Assembly: GCA_963805485.1 (NCBI GenBank)
Contig: CAWDUN010000001.1
Coordinates: 184,494 to 248,493, forward strand
Direction of reading: 5' to 3'
Source: an uncultured Verrucomicrobiae bacterium
GTDB taxonomy: Bacteria > Verrucomicrobiota > Verrucomicrobiia > Chthoniobacterales > UBA10450
DNA: 64,000 nt
Below the pieces are notes generated by a model. It did not search any database. It saw nothing but the letters and a program-made list of their open reading frames with translations, and was not told the origin of the DNA. Below are positions 1-8,493 of this stretch, piece after piece. Numbering within the stretch: position 1 is the first letter of the stretch; every line of letters begins with the position of its first letter. The translations under genes and the position numbers were made by a program.

Positions 1-310
1 GGGCCGAATAAAACCAGTAGATTGATTCGTTTCTGAAACCCAGATCATAAAGGCGAATCGCAGCCACGTAGGTCTCTGCGAAATTCAGTGTGTCCCATGA
101 ATTTTTCATTTTCGCGATCGTGGTGATAAACTCCGCTTCGTTTTTCGCGGCCAAACCGCTGCTAAACAGACCGACTTCGACAGCAGGGCCTTTGGAGTTG
201 TAGTAGGGCGTGATGTAGACCTCGATGTGAGCGGGGTCGGTGATGGTCTGACCGACGGCGAGACCGGCACAACCAATAAAAACAAGAAGGGCGATTAGTT
301 TGAGCTTCAT
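1..310 (-). CDS. secreted hypothetical protein, N-terminal part (gene continues past the left edge)
   Basis: Own translation of the minus strand from ATG at 310-308: MKLKLIALLVFIGCAGLAVGQTITDPAHIEVYITPYYNSKGPAVE...IYWFYSA. The frame is open to position 1 and the N-terminus looks like a signal peptide. It is absent from the ORF track because no stop lies in the window. Confidence 0.45.
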   Translation of the reverse strand, partial: MKLKLIALLVFIGCAGLAVGQTITDPAHIEVYITPYYNSKGPAVEVGLFSSGLAAKNEAEFITTIAKMKNSWDTLNFAETYVAAIRLYDLGFRNESIYWFYSA

Positions 311-407
311 TTAGCCAAGGAGCGGCACGCTCAACCACTGGTTCACATAGCGCAAGTGGCCGCACGTTCGTTGAGCCCACAACGACAGGTGTATTCATCG
401 GCGAAAT

Positions 408-1199
408 TTGATAGAGACAAATGTGCTGAAGTCCGCCTGGCGCAAACATCTCTTGATTTGTCTCGTCTTAGGGTTGCTCGCGATTCCGATCTATCTCCTG
501 GATCGGGCGCTGCTCGGAGGCGGCGGCTGGATTACGTTAAATTTTCGGGGCGTTATCTTTTGGGCTTACACCACGCTCATCGCTGTTGACATAACCTTGA
601 GTTCCATTGCTATGGTGTCATTTCCCAAGGCAGGAGCATTGCGAATTCAGTTGGGCTCAATGGCTCTTTCCGTGATGCTTCTCGTCACGGGTGTCGCCGT
701 TTACGGCAAAGTGCGCCGGCTGGCCATGTCCCATGAGTATCGAATGTTGATGAAGAGTCGCAGACATCTAATGGACGTGATCGAACTAAAAAAGTGGTCG
801 TATTTTCCCGACGAGAGTCATCCGACGGAGATCCACGTGAGTGTGGTCGCCCATCAATCAGGCAGATTCGCTGGCAATGTGACTGGCGAACAAACGGATG
901 CGTCAGGATCCTCGACAACCATTTTTGAATCCATCAACGAACCCGACAGCCAGCGTCACGTGCGTAGCGGCGAGGCTTTCACCTATGCATTCCCGCTCAA
1001 ATTCTTAACCACAGGCCGCGCCGATGACGTGCGAGTTACGTTGTATCTTTTCAAGGCTGCGAGCGGACCTGCTATCGGCGACATCGCAAAAGTATTCATG
1101 AAATCGCCCCAGCATGACGACGACGGAGCGTACTTCTACGAAATGTTGCCGCCGCCTTCTCAAGCAGGCGCTGAATGGAACGCGCCTCCTGTGAAATGA
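408..1199 (+). CDS. hypothetical membrane protein (about 3 TM helices plus a C-terminal soluble domain)
   Basis: 263-aa ORF with TTG at 408 (GTG at 423 is an alternative start). Hydrophobic segments LLICLVLGLLAIPIYLL, VIFWAYTTLIAVDITL and MALSVMLLVTGVAVY. No family recognised. Confidence 0.45.
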   Translation: MIETNVLKSAWRKHLLICLVLGLLAIPIYLLDRALLGGGGWITLNFRGVIFWAYTTLIAVDITLSSIAMVSFPKAGALRIQLGSMALSVMLLVTGVAVYGKVRRLAMSHEYRMLMKSRRHLMDVIELKKWSYFPDESHPTEIHVSVVAHQSGRFAGNVTGEQTDASGSSTTIFESINEPDSQRHVRSGEAFTYAFPLKFLTTGRADDVRVTLYLFKAASGPAIGDIAKVFMKSPQHDDDGAYFYEMLPPPSQAGAEWNAPPVK

Positions 1200-1211
1200 G
1201 TAAACAGTCGC

Positions 1212-1412
1212 CTATTGCTTAACACGGTCGCAATCATACGAGATACTCGGACGTTGCCCTCTCAAGACATCGAGCGTTTTCATCAGGCGAGTCTCGTAAG
1301 AATCACATGTGGGACATTCGCCATCTGGCTGAACCCATTCGGGATGTTGCATTCGCAGATCGTTGTGAATCTGTCGTCGCAGGTCTGCGTACGTATGGAG
1401 TTGGTGAAGCAT
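1212..1412 (-). CDS. small hypothetical protein with CPTC motif
   Basis: 66-aa ORF directly downstream of the 1431..1625 ORF on the same strand. No family recognised. Confidence 0.25.
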   Translation of the reverse strand: MLHQLHTYADLRRQIHNDLRMQHPEWVQPDGECPTCDSYETRLMKTLDVLRGQRPSISYDCDRVKQ

Positions 1413-1430
1413 ACCGCTGCTCCTTTTTGG

Positions 1431-1625
1431 TTATCTCGGCGCCCCGGCCATTGCGTGAGCGACTAAAATAATTGGCCAGACAGCGATGAAGATAATTAAC
1501 CCGAATGCAACCAGTTCGGACAAGTATCCGGGTTGCGTTCTATAAGCATATCGATCACTGAGAAAACGAGAGACGCGAACGAGCAGCGAGTTAGTAATTT
1601 CCATGTTCATGTCAAAAATAGACAA
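1431..1625 (-). CDS. small hypothetical membrane protein
   Basis: 64-aa ORF with one clear TM segment (LVAFGLIIFIAVWPIILVAHAM). Confidence 0.25.
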   Translation of the reverse strand: MSIFDMNMEITNSLLVRVSRFLSDRYAYRTQPGYLSELVAFGLIIFIAVWPIILVAHAMAGAPR

Positions 1626-1718
1626 CCGTTTGGGTCTTCGCGTTTCGCCGGAAAAGTAACGCCGCTGTCACTTTAGCTAACGGCGGCGAGGGGACGAGGG
1701 GACGGATCTGTTTGCGGC

Positions 1719-1940
1719 TTACTCGCCGTAATAGTAAGCCCCGCCGTAGTATGCGTCCCATGGATAGTACGGATAATAATCAGGCGCGTAGTAAGTGTTA
1801 TACTTCGCTTCGGGCGAGCGAACCGCGACATTCGCATAGGACACATCAGCGCAGCCCCCGAGGATAAGTGCAAAGCCCGCGACGACAACGAGCGAACAGA
1901 TCGTTACAACTTGCCGATTCTTTTTCCCTTCAGATGTCAC
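1719..1940 (-). CDS. Tyr-rich small lipoprotein
   Basis: Signal peptide with lipobox LILGGC, followed by ...VAVRSPEAKYNTYYAPDYYPYYPWDAYYGGAYYYGE. Paralogous to the neighbouring 2066..2350 gene. Confidence 0.5.
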   Translation of the reverse strand: MTSEGKKNRQVVTICSLVVVAGFALILGGCADVSYANVAVRSPEAKYNTYYAPDYYPYYPWDAYYGGAYYYGE

Positions 1941-2065
1941 GCGTTTGGTTTGGGGCGCTCATTTGACGGGACGCCCCTGGCAAACGCAAGCTAAAAATTA
2001 AACGCATCGACGCAGCCGCTAAAATGCGGATTGCGCCGATGCGTTAGCCAACCGCGTCGCAAATT

Positions 2066-2350
2066 TTACCAGTCGCCGTAGACGGTCCGGGTGCGGTAGT
2101 AGCGCGGACCGTAGGCATCGTTATAACGGACGCCTGAGCGCACGACCGCAGTATCATAGGCCGGCGAGTAATAGGAATACGGGTATGGATTATAGTACGA
2201 GTATCCCGTGTATCCGCTCGGATAATAACCAGTGTCATACGCTACGTACGGACTCTCTGCACATCCCCCTAGAAAAGTTGCGATGAGGCCTGCGCAAAGG
2301 ATCGATAGCAATACTGGAATGCAACGCTTTGATTTCGTTGTCGTTTTCAT
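2066..2350 (-). CDS. Tyr-rich small lipoprotein (paralogue of 1719..1940)
   Basis: Start moved to ATG at 2350 (MKTTTKSKRCIPVLLSILCAGLIATFLGGC, lipobox). The mature part is Tyr/Pro/Ser-rich (GYYPSGYTGYSYYNPYPYSYYSPAYD) and shares an ..VVRSGVRYN.. module with its neighbour. Confidence 0.5.
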   Translation of the reverse strand: MKTTTKSKRCIPVLLSILCAGLIATFLGGCAESPYVAYDTGYYPSGYTGYSYYNPYPYSYYSPAYDTAVVRSGVRYNDAYGPRYYRTRTVYGDW

Positions 2351-2584
2351 CAGATATCCCCTTTGTTGAATTTCACTTTCCAATTATTGAGCCGTTCACG
2401 CGGCTCTGTCTGGCCTGTAGTTCCCTTGTGAACACGAGGTATTCAGACTTTACTGTACGATTCGAATCCTATGCTGCGATCGGTCGCCGGAGCTGGCGAA
2501 ATCACGGCACGTTTTGAAGTTGCGCGACGTCGTTCTTTAAGCGGTTTTGCGTCAATAGCCATGTTCGCTACCGTCAGCCTCCCA

Positions 2585-4285
2585 ATGAAACGAAATTTGT
2601 TTTGGCTCGGTGGCTTTGTGACGATTGTGTTCACGATGTTCGGGGAGCAGCCGTCTCCCTCGATACGCGCTGGAGATTTTGATGTGATCATCCGCAACGC
2701 GACAATTTACGACGGCACCGGCGCGGAGCCGCGACAAGCCGATGTCGCGATTCGGGGTGATCGGATCGCACACATTGGTCCCGCAGTCGCGGGAGCGAAA
2801 GCGAATACGGTCATCGACGCGAAGGGACTCGCTGTCGCGCCGGGGTTTATCAACATGCTTTCGTGGTCAACGGAGTCGCTGATTCAGGATGGCCGTTCAC
2901 AAAGCGAAATTCGACAAGGCGTCACGACTGAGATCATGGGCGAAGGCGAATCGATGGGGCCGGTGAACGACCGAGTGCGCGAGCACAAAATTCGCGAGCA
3001 AACCGACATCAAATACGACATCCCGTGGAATACCCTTGCGGAATATTTGCAGTATCTCGAAAAGCGCGGCGTGTCGTGCAATGTGGCGTCATTCATCGGC
3101 GCGACGACGATCCGCGAATACGTAATCGGATACGAAGATACACAACCGACGCCAGAGCAGCTCGAGGAAATGCGCCAGCTGGTGCGAAAAGAAATGCAAG
3201 CCGGCGCGCTCGGGATCGGCACTTCGCTGATTTATCCACCGGCGTTTTACGCGAAAACCGAAGAGTTGATCGAGCTGTGCAAGGTCGCGGCAAAGTATCA
3301 GGGCAAATACATTTCACATATGCGCAGCGAAGGAAATCAACTGTTCGAAGCACTTGACGAACTGCTGCGGATTGCGCGCGAAGCGAATATCCCCGCGGAG
3401 ATCTATCACATCAAAGCCGCCGGGAAAAAAAATTGGCCGAAACTAGACGAACTGCTGGCGCGAATCGAACGCGCGCAAAACGACGGACTGAAGATTCGCG
3501 CCGACATGTACACGTACACCGCCGCGGGCACGGGTCTGGACGCCTGTCTGCCACCGTGGACGGAAGACGGCGGATACCCGGCATTGTTCAAACGGCTGCG
3601 CGACCCGGCGACGCGCGAGAAAATCAAATCGGAAGTACACGTCGACAGCGACAAATGGGAAAATCTTTATCTTGCGGCCGGCTCGCCGGACAAAATTTTG
3701 TTGGTAGGATTCAAATCAGAAAAGCTGAAGCCGCTGACGGGCAAGACGCTTGCTGAAGTGGCCAAGATGCGTGGAAAAGATCCAATCGACACGGCTATGG
3801 ATTTGATCGCGGAAGACGAATCACGCATAAGCAGCGTCTATTTCCTGATGTCCGAAGAGAACGTGAAAAAGGAGTTGCGGAAGCCGTGGATTTCCTTTGG
3901 CTCGGATGAAGCGTCGCAAGCGCCGGAGTCACCGTTCACAAAATCGAATCCGCATCCGCGCGCTTACGGGAATTTCGCGCGCGTTCTTGGCAAGTACGCG
4001 CGCGACGAAGGAGTTCTTTCGATGAGCGATGCGATTCATCGATTGAGCGGGCTACCGGCGACAAATCTCGGGCTCGATCACCGCGGGTTCCTGAAAGAAG
4101 GAATGTTCGCCGACGTGGTCGTATTCGATCCGGCCACGATTGCAGATCACGCCACGTTTGAAAAATCGCATCAATACGCGACCGGTGTGAAACATGTGTT
4201 CGTCAATGGTGTGCAGGTCATCAAGAACGGCGAGCACACCGGAGCGAAACCGGGTCGCGCACTGTGGGGGCCGGGAAAGAAGTAG
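2585..4285 (+). CDS. N-acyl-D-amino-acid deacylase (D-aminoacylase) family amidohydrolase, N-terminally anchored or secreted
   Basis: Start moved to ATG 2585 (MKRNLFWLGGFVTIVFTMFG). The N-terminus is typical of the family (FDVIIRNATIYDGTG...DVAIRGDRIAHIG...GLAVAPGFINMLSW), as is the C-terminal beta-sandwich end (...DVVVFDP.TI.D.ATF...GV.HVFVNG). Confidence 0.8.
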   Translation: MKRNLFWLGGFVTIVFTMFGEQPSPSIRAGDFDVIIRNATIYDGTGAEPRQADVAIRGDRIAHIGPAVAGAKANTVIDAKGLAVAPGFINMLSWSTESLIQDGRSQSEIRQGVTTEIMGEGESMGPVNDRVREHKIREQTDIKYDIPWNTLAEYLQYLEKRGVSCNVASFIGATTIREYVIGYEDTQPTPEQLEEMRQLVRKEMQAGALGIGTSLIYPPAFYAKTEELIELCKVAAKYQGKYISHMRSEGNQLFEALDELLRIAREANIPAEIYHIKAAGKKNWPKLDELLARIERAQNDGLKIRADMYTYTAAGTGLDACLPPWTEDGGYPALFKRLRDPATREKIKSEVHVDSDKWENLYLAAGSPDKILLVGFKSEKLKPLTGKTLAEVAKMRGKDPIDTAMDLIAEDESRISSVYFLMSEENVKKELRKPWISFGSDEASQAPESPFTKSNPHPRAYGNFARVLGKYARDEGVLSMSDAIHRLSGLPATNLGLDHRGFLKEGMFADVVVFDPATIADHATFEKSHQYATGVKHVFVNGVQVIKNGEHTGAKPGRALWGPGKK

Positions 4286-4330
4286 GGGAATGCCTCTGGC
4301 CCGCCGCGGCGGGCGGGCACCACGCTCTAC
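4282..4330. repeat. REP-like GTAG...CTAC palindromic element (type C)
   Basis: GTAGGGGAATGCCTCTGGCCCGCCGCGGCGGGCGGGCACCACGCTCTAC, with central hairpin GCCCGCC/GGCGGGC. Its GTAG contains the TAG stop (4283-4285) of the deacylase gene. Confidence 0.6.
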
Positions 4331-4434
4331 TTTTCTGCGGCGAAGAAGCACGCGACCGTTATCTTGCCGGCGTATAGTTGTAGACCGATGGCGCTCGGTT
4401 GAAAACCAGCAGCCTGGGTGAAGATTTGGTTTCA

Positions 4435-4848
4435 ATGGATCCGATCAAAAGCATTAAATTACGCTGGCTTCAGGATGCTCTCCACGACGTCAGCTACGAA
4501 CTGTCGCGCTCGCAATTTTCGAGGTTTGCGCCGCAAGCGTGGCAACCGGCGATCAACGCGTATCGGTGTGAGACGTGCATTCGGATCTGTGTCGATCTGG
4601 CAGGAGTCGATCGGTCGCTGATCGATCTGACCGTTGAGCCGCGGCGCCTGGTTATTCGCGGCACGCGGGAAGTGCCGGAGCCGACTGGCGAGGAGGGATG
4701 CGCACAGCAATTACTCGCGATGGAGATCGATTACGGGCCCTTTAAACGGGAGATCAGTTTTCCCGTTGACGTGGAAATCGATGAGGCGCACGCCGAGCAG
4801 CGTAACGGATTACTCTGGATTTCGTTGCCGGTAAGAAAACAATCATGA
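4435..4848 (+). CDS. Hsp20/alpha-crystallin family small heat-shock protein
   Basis: Alpha-crystallin-type core (AINAYRCETCIRICVDLAGVDRSLIDLTVEPRRLVIRGTRE...GLLWISLP). ATG 4435 preferred over TTG 4399. Its stop overlaps the lon start (ATGA). Confidence 0.75.
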   Translation: MDPIKSIKLRWLQDALHDVSYELSRSQFSRFAPQAWQPAINAYRCETCIRICVDLAGVDRSLIDLTVEPRRLVIRGTREVPEPTGEEGCAQQLLAMEIDYGPFKREISFPVDVEIDEAHAEQRNGLLWISLPVRKQS

Positions 4849-7295
4849 GCACGGAAAAGCTCAAAGCGTTGCAACCGAGCGCGGATTCCAAGTCAACAGG
4901 CCAGGGAACGATCGCGCTCGGCGTGGGGGAAAGCAGCACGCCGCGAATTCCGGAGGAGTTGTCGATTCTTCCAGTGCGCGGTTTTGTCGTTTTTCCGGGC
5001 ACTGTTTTCCCACTGAACGTTCAGCGCGCGGCATCGCTCAAACTCCTCGACGACACCTTGCCGCGCACGAAGGTGATTGGATTACTGACGCAGCGTGACG
5101 AGACGAAAGAAGACCCATCGCCTCAAGATCTATACTCGGTCGGTACGGCTGCGCTCGTGCTCAAACTTGTTAGGCAATCAGAGAATAACGTGCTGGTGAT
5201 TGTGCAGGGATTGCGCCGTTTTTCGCTGCGCAAAATCGTCGCGACTGATCCGTTTCTGCGCGCCGAAATCGATCTGCCACAATCCATCGTGCCGCCGCCG
5301 AGCAAGGAATGGGAAGCCACGTTCCGGAATTTGCGTGATTCGGCTTCGCGTTTGTTTGAGCTGACGCCGGATGCGCCGGAACAAGCGCGCATGATGATCA
5401 TGAACATCGAGAGTCCGGAGCAGCTCGCCGATTTTCTCGCGCCGAACCTCAATATAGATGTCGCGCAAAAGGAGGCATTGCTCGAAGAACTCGACGTCGA
5501 AAAACGGGTGCATGCCGTGCAGCAACACATTTCGGCACAGCTGGAGATCGCTCAAATCCAACAGCGACTGCAAAAAGATGTCGCCTCGCAATTTTCCGAC
5601 GCACAGCGGCGCGCGTATCTGCGTTCACAGCTCAAAGCGATCCAGCATGAGCTCGGCGAGACGGAGGGTGGCAGTGAGGAACAAGCGGAACAGCTGCGCG
5701 CGCGCCTCCAGGAAGCGAATCCGCCGGAAGAAGTGATGAAACAGGCCGAACGCGAATTGAAGCGGCTGGATTTCATTCCGCCAGCGAGTCCCGAATTCTC
5801 AGTAATTGTGAGTTACATAGAAATCATTGCCGACCTGCCGTGGAATAAGTTTAGCAATGACAACCTCGATCTCGAGCAAGCGCAGCAAGTCCTTGATCGC
5901 GATCACTACGATCTGGAAAAAGTTAAGAAGCGACTCATCGAATATCTCGCCGTACGAAAACTGAATCCTCAAGGACACGGGGCGATCCTATGTTTCCTCG
6001 GGCCTCCCGGTGTAGGCAAAACCAGCTTGGGTCAATCAATCGCCGACGCGCTGGGGCGCAAATTTGTGCGGATCAGTCTCGGTGGAATGCGCGATGAAGC
6101 GGAAATTCGCGGTCATCGCCGCACCTATATCGGCTCGATGCCGGGACGGATCATCCAAGAGCTGCGCCGCTCCGGCACCCGTAATCCTGTCTTTATGCTC
6201 GACGAGATCGACAAAATCGGTGCGGATTTTCGCGGCGATCCTGCGAGCGCGTTGCTTGAAGTGCTCGACCCGCGACAAAACAACGCATTTGTCGATCGTT
6301 ACCTGGATGTTCCTTTTGATCTGTCCCAGATCATTTTTATCGGCACGGCCAACTACATTGAGGGCATACCTGAACCATTGCGCGACCGGATCGAAGTGAT
6401 CTCACTTCCCGGTTATACCGAGCGCGAGAAACTCGAAATTGCGAAACGTTATCTTGTCCCGCGACAACTGGGAGAGAACGGGCTTAAACCCGAGCAATGT
6501 GAATTCCAGGAGGACGCGCTTCGCCGCATCATCAGCGATTACACGCATGAAGCCGGCGTTCGCGAGCTCGAGCGTCAGATCGGGGCTGTTTGCCGGGGTA
6601 TTGCGGCGCAGGTGGCGCGTGGCAAAATCGATCATGCAACCGTTACGCCGGCGACAGCGGCGGAAATGCTGGGCCCCGCCAAATACGTTCGCGAAACGAA
6701 GCTGCAGAGTAGTAAACCCGGCGTGGTCACCGGATTGGCTTACACGCCGGCGGGCGGCGAAGTATTGCACATCGAAGCCACGCGTTATCCGGGCAAAGGA
6801 AACATCACGCTTACCGGCCAGATTGGGAATGTGATGAAAGAATCTGTGCAGGCCGCGCTGAGTCTTCTTCGCAGCCGCGACGGGCAACTGGACGTGAATC
6901 CGGAAGATTTTCGAAAAATGGACGTCCACGTACACGTGCCCGCGGGCGCGGTGCCAAAAGATGGGCCGTCAGCCGGCATCGCCATGTTTACTGCGCTTGC
7001 TTCGCTCTTCAGCAACAGACGCGCCCGTTCCGACGTCGCGATGACGGGCGAGATTACTTTGCGCGGACTCGTTCTGCCGATCGGCGGATTGAAAGAAAAA
7101 AGTCTGGCTGCGATGCGGGCCGGAATTTCCACTGTCATTATTCCCAAGCTCAATGAAAAAGATCTCGTCGACGTTCCCGAGGAAGCGAAACAAAAACTCA
7201 AATTCGTTCCGGTAGAAAACGTAGATGAAGTTTTGGCTGTAGCGCTGGAGGAAGACGCGCCTGTTCGATCGGCTTCAGGAAACAAAGCTGCCTGA
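4845..7295 (+). CDS. lon: ATP-dependent Lon protease
   Basis: 816 aa with a Lon N-domain, Walker A GPPGVGKTS, Walker B FMLDEIDK and the catalytic Ser motif PKDGPSAGIAM. Confidence 0.95.
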   Translation: MSTEKLKALQPSADSKSTGQGTIALGVGESSTPRIPEELSILPVRGFVVFPGTVFPLNVQRAASLKLLDDTLPRTKVIGLLTQRDETKEDPSPQDLYSVGTAALVLKLVRQSENNVLVIVQGLRRFSLRKIVATDPFLRAEIDLPQSIVPPPSKEWEATFRNLRDSASRLFELTPDAPEQARMMIMNIESPEQLADFLAPNLNIDVAQKEALLEELDVEKRVHAVQQHISAQLEIAQIQQRLQKDVASQFSDAQRRAYLRSQLKAIQHELGETEGGSEEQAEQLRARLQEANPPEEVMKQAERELKRLDFIPPASPEFSVIVSYIEIIADLPWNKFSNDNLDLEQAQQVLDRDHYDLEKVKKRLIEYLAVRKLNPQGHGAILCFLGPPGVGKTSLGQSIADALGRKFVRISLGGMRDEAEIRGHRRTYIGSMPGRIIQELRRSGTRNPVFMLDEIDKIGADFRGDPASALLEVLDPRQNNAFVDRYLDVPFDLSQIIFIGTANYIEGIPEPLRDRIEVISLPGYTEREKLEIAKRYLVPRQLGENGLKPEQCEFQEDALRRIISDYTHEAGVRELERQIGAVCRGIAAQVARGKIDHATVTPATAAEMLGPAKYVRETKLQSSKPGVVTGLAYTPAGGEVLHIEATRYPGKGNITLTGQIGNVMKESVQAALSLLRSRDGQLDVNPEDFRKMDVHVHVPAGAVPKDGPSAGIAMFTALASLFSNRRARSDVAMTGEITLRGLVLPIGGLKEKSLAAMRAGISTVIIPKLNEKDLVDVPEEAKQKLKFVPVENVDEVLAVALEEDAPVRSASGNKAA

Positions 7296-7323
7296 CTGGT
7301 GGTAGACTTGCAGATGCGGCGGT

Positions 7324-7773
7324 TTAGTTTTTCTCGCGTGCCCACGCTTGGAGGATGTAACCACTCCCAGGAGCGGAACTCATATTGGTGGGACGTGGCT
7401 TACCGGGCGGGGCGAAGCACACCTTGTAACCGTTCTCTTGCAGCACGTAGATGCCGAGCATGACTTCTTTCTCGGTGGAGATGGCGTCCATCTCCTTTGG
7501 CGTTTTCGTCTCATCGAGCTTAATCGTTCCAGACTTGCTCGTGGCGTACTCCGCCGACCCGGGGAAGCGGAAGGTGTCACCCTTAAAGACGATCGTCGTC
7601 TGCTTCACCTTGTCTTCGGGCAAGGTCTTTCCGTCTTGCATCGCCATGATCAGATACCAAGTGCCCTGAAACCTGTCCAAGTCCGTCTTTGGCGCCGCTG
7701 GTGCCGGCGTCTGACGGTTGCACGCCGCCAGCAAAAGACCGAGTCCCGCGATCATCAACAACGGCGTTTTCAT
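7324..7773 (-). CDS. lipoprotein with TIGR03067-like (PVC lipocalin-like) domain
   Basis: Start moved to ATG 7773 (MKTPLLMIAGLGLLLAAC, lipobox). The FQGTWYLIMAMQDGKTLPEDK...IVFKGDTFRF pattern resembles TIGR03067 as I remember it. Confidence 0.55.
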   Translation of the reverse strand: MKTPLLMIAGLGLLLAACNRQTPAPAAPKTDLDRFQGTWYLIMAMQDGKTLPEDKVKQTTIVFKGDTFRFPGSAEYATSKSGTIKLDETKTPKEMDAISTEKEVMLGIYVLQENGYKVCFAPPGKPRPTNMSSAPGSGYILQAWAREKN

Positions 7774-7877
7774 AGTGCCTGAAGAGTGAATTCCGATCCG
7801 ACAGAAGGCAAGCTGGAAACGCGGAATCGTGAGGTCAACGTTTTTCCGTGTGTCGCAATGGTTCGCATCTCGCACTC

Positions 7878-7900
7878 GGCGTCTGACACAGACGCCCTAC
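7878..7900. repeat. half REP element (type C, right hairpin only)
   Basis: GGCGTCTGacaCAGACGCCCTAC. Architecture is the same as the second hairpin plus CTAC end of the alaS copy (GGCGGCTGacaCAGCCGCCCTAC). Confidence 0.5.
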
Positions 7901-7963
7901 AACAATTGTGCTGCAGGCACTACTTCCATTCCCAATATTCGGAGTGTGTATTACCGTCTGCGT

Positions 7964-8323
7964 CTACTGCATATTCGAATAGCACTGCCACCTTGTTAAC
8001 ACGTGACCATTTTGGTGGCATGATTTGGAAATAAAGGGCGCCGCAATAAGTTGCAGTCCCGTCTTTTTCATTGTGCCAACACCATGAGCCGTCCAAGTGG
8101 CTGTTTCGCCATCCTTGGGCATCATGATGCCCTGACCTTCGCCGTATTGCGTCCCGTCCGGCCGGAAAATGATCGAGTACGTGCCTGTGTCTTTAATATT
8201 TGTGCCCAATACTGATCCGGTTGCCTGAAAAGATGATTCTATTTTACGGTCGCCACCGACATTCGGCAAAACGCGCTGCATGGTAACCTTGCCTGATATC
8301 TCACCAATCTTTTCGCCCAGCAT
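7964..8323 (-). CDS. conserved hypothetical protein; frame apparently broken near its 3' end (see findings)
   Basis: 119-aa ORF. After ..GVGTMKK the +1 frame continues plausibly (DGTATYCGALYFQIMPPKWSRVNKVAVLFEYAVDADGNTHSEYWEWK*) to a TAG at 7920-7922. The break coincides with an A5/T5 run at 8064-8068. Confidence 0.5.
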   Translation of the reverse strand: MLGEKIGEISGKVTMQRVLPNVGGDRKIESSFQATGSVLGTNIKDTGTYSIIFRPDGTQYGEGQGIMMPKDGETATWTAHGVGTMKKTGLQLIAAPFISKSCHQNGHVLTRWQCYSNMQ

Positions 8324-8493
8324 AAATATCCTTTTCTTGAATTAGCTTTGAGTTACTGGATTCGATGCGGAAATCCTAGCGAAAAGACTTCAGCCGCCTG
8401 TGCAACAGAATTCCCGCCGCGAAACAAGCTCGCGACCGCGTGTGCGCTCCACAAACCATTGCGCACTACGCATTGTGATTGCTCAGCGCTCGA

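Noticed and set aside
2441-2475. Possible tRNA T-arm (ACGATTCGAATCCTAT)
   Set aside because: There are no complementary stem flanks, no acceptor or anticodon arms nearby, and it overlaps the upstream region of the deacylase gene.
4331-4434. Sigma-32-type promoter upstream of hsp20-lon
   Set aside because: The candidates (CTTGCCG-N15-CCGATGGC and GTTGAAA-N15-GAAGATTT) match the consensus poorly, or would leave no 5' UTR.
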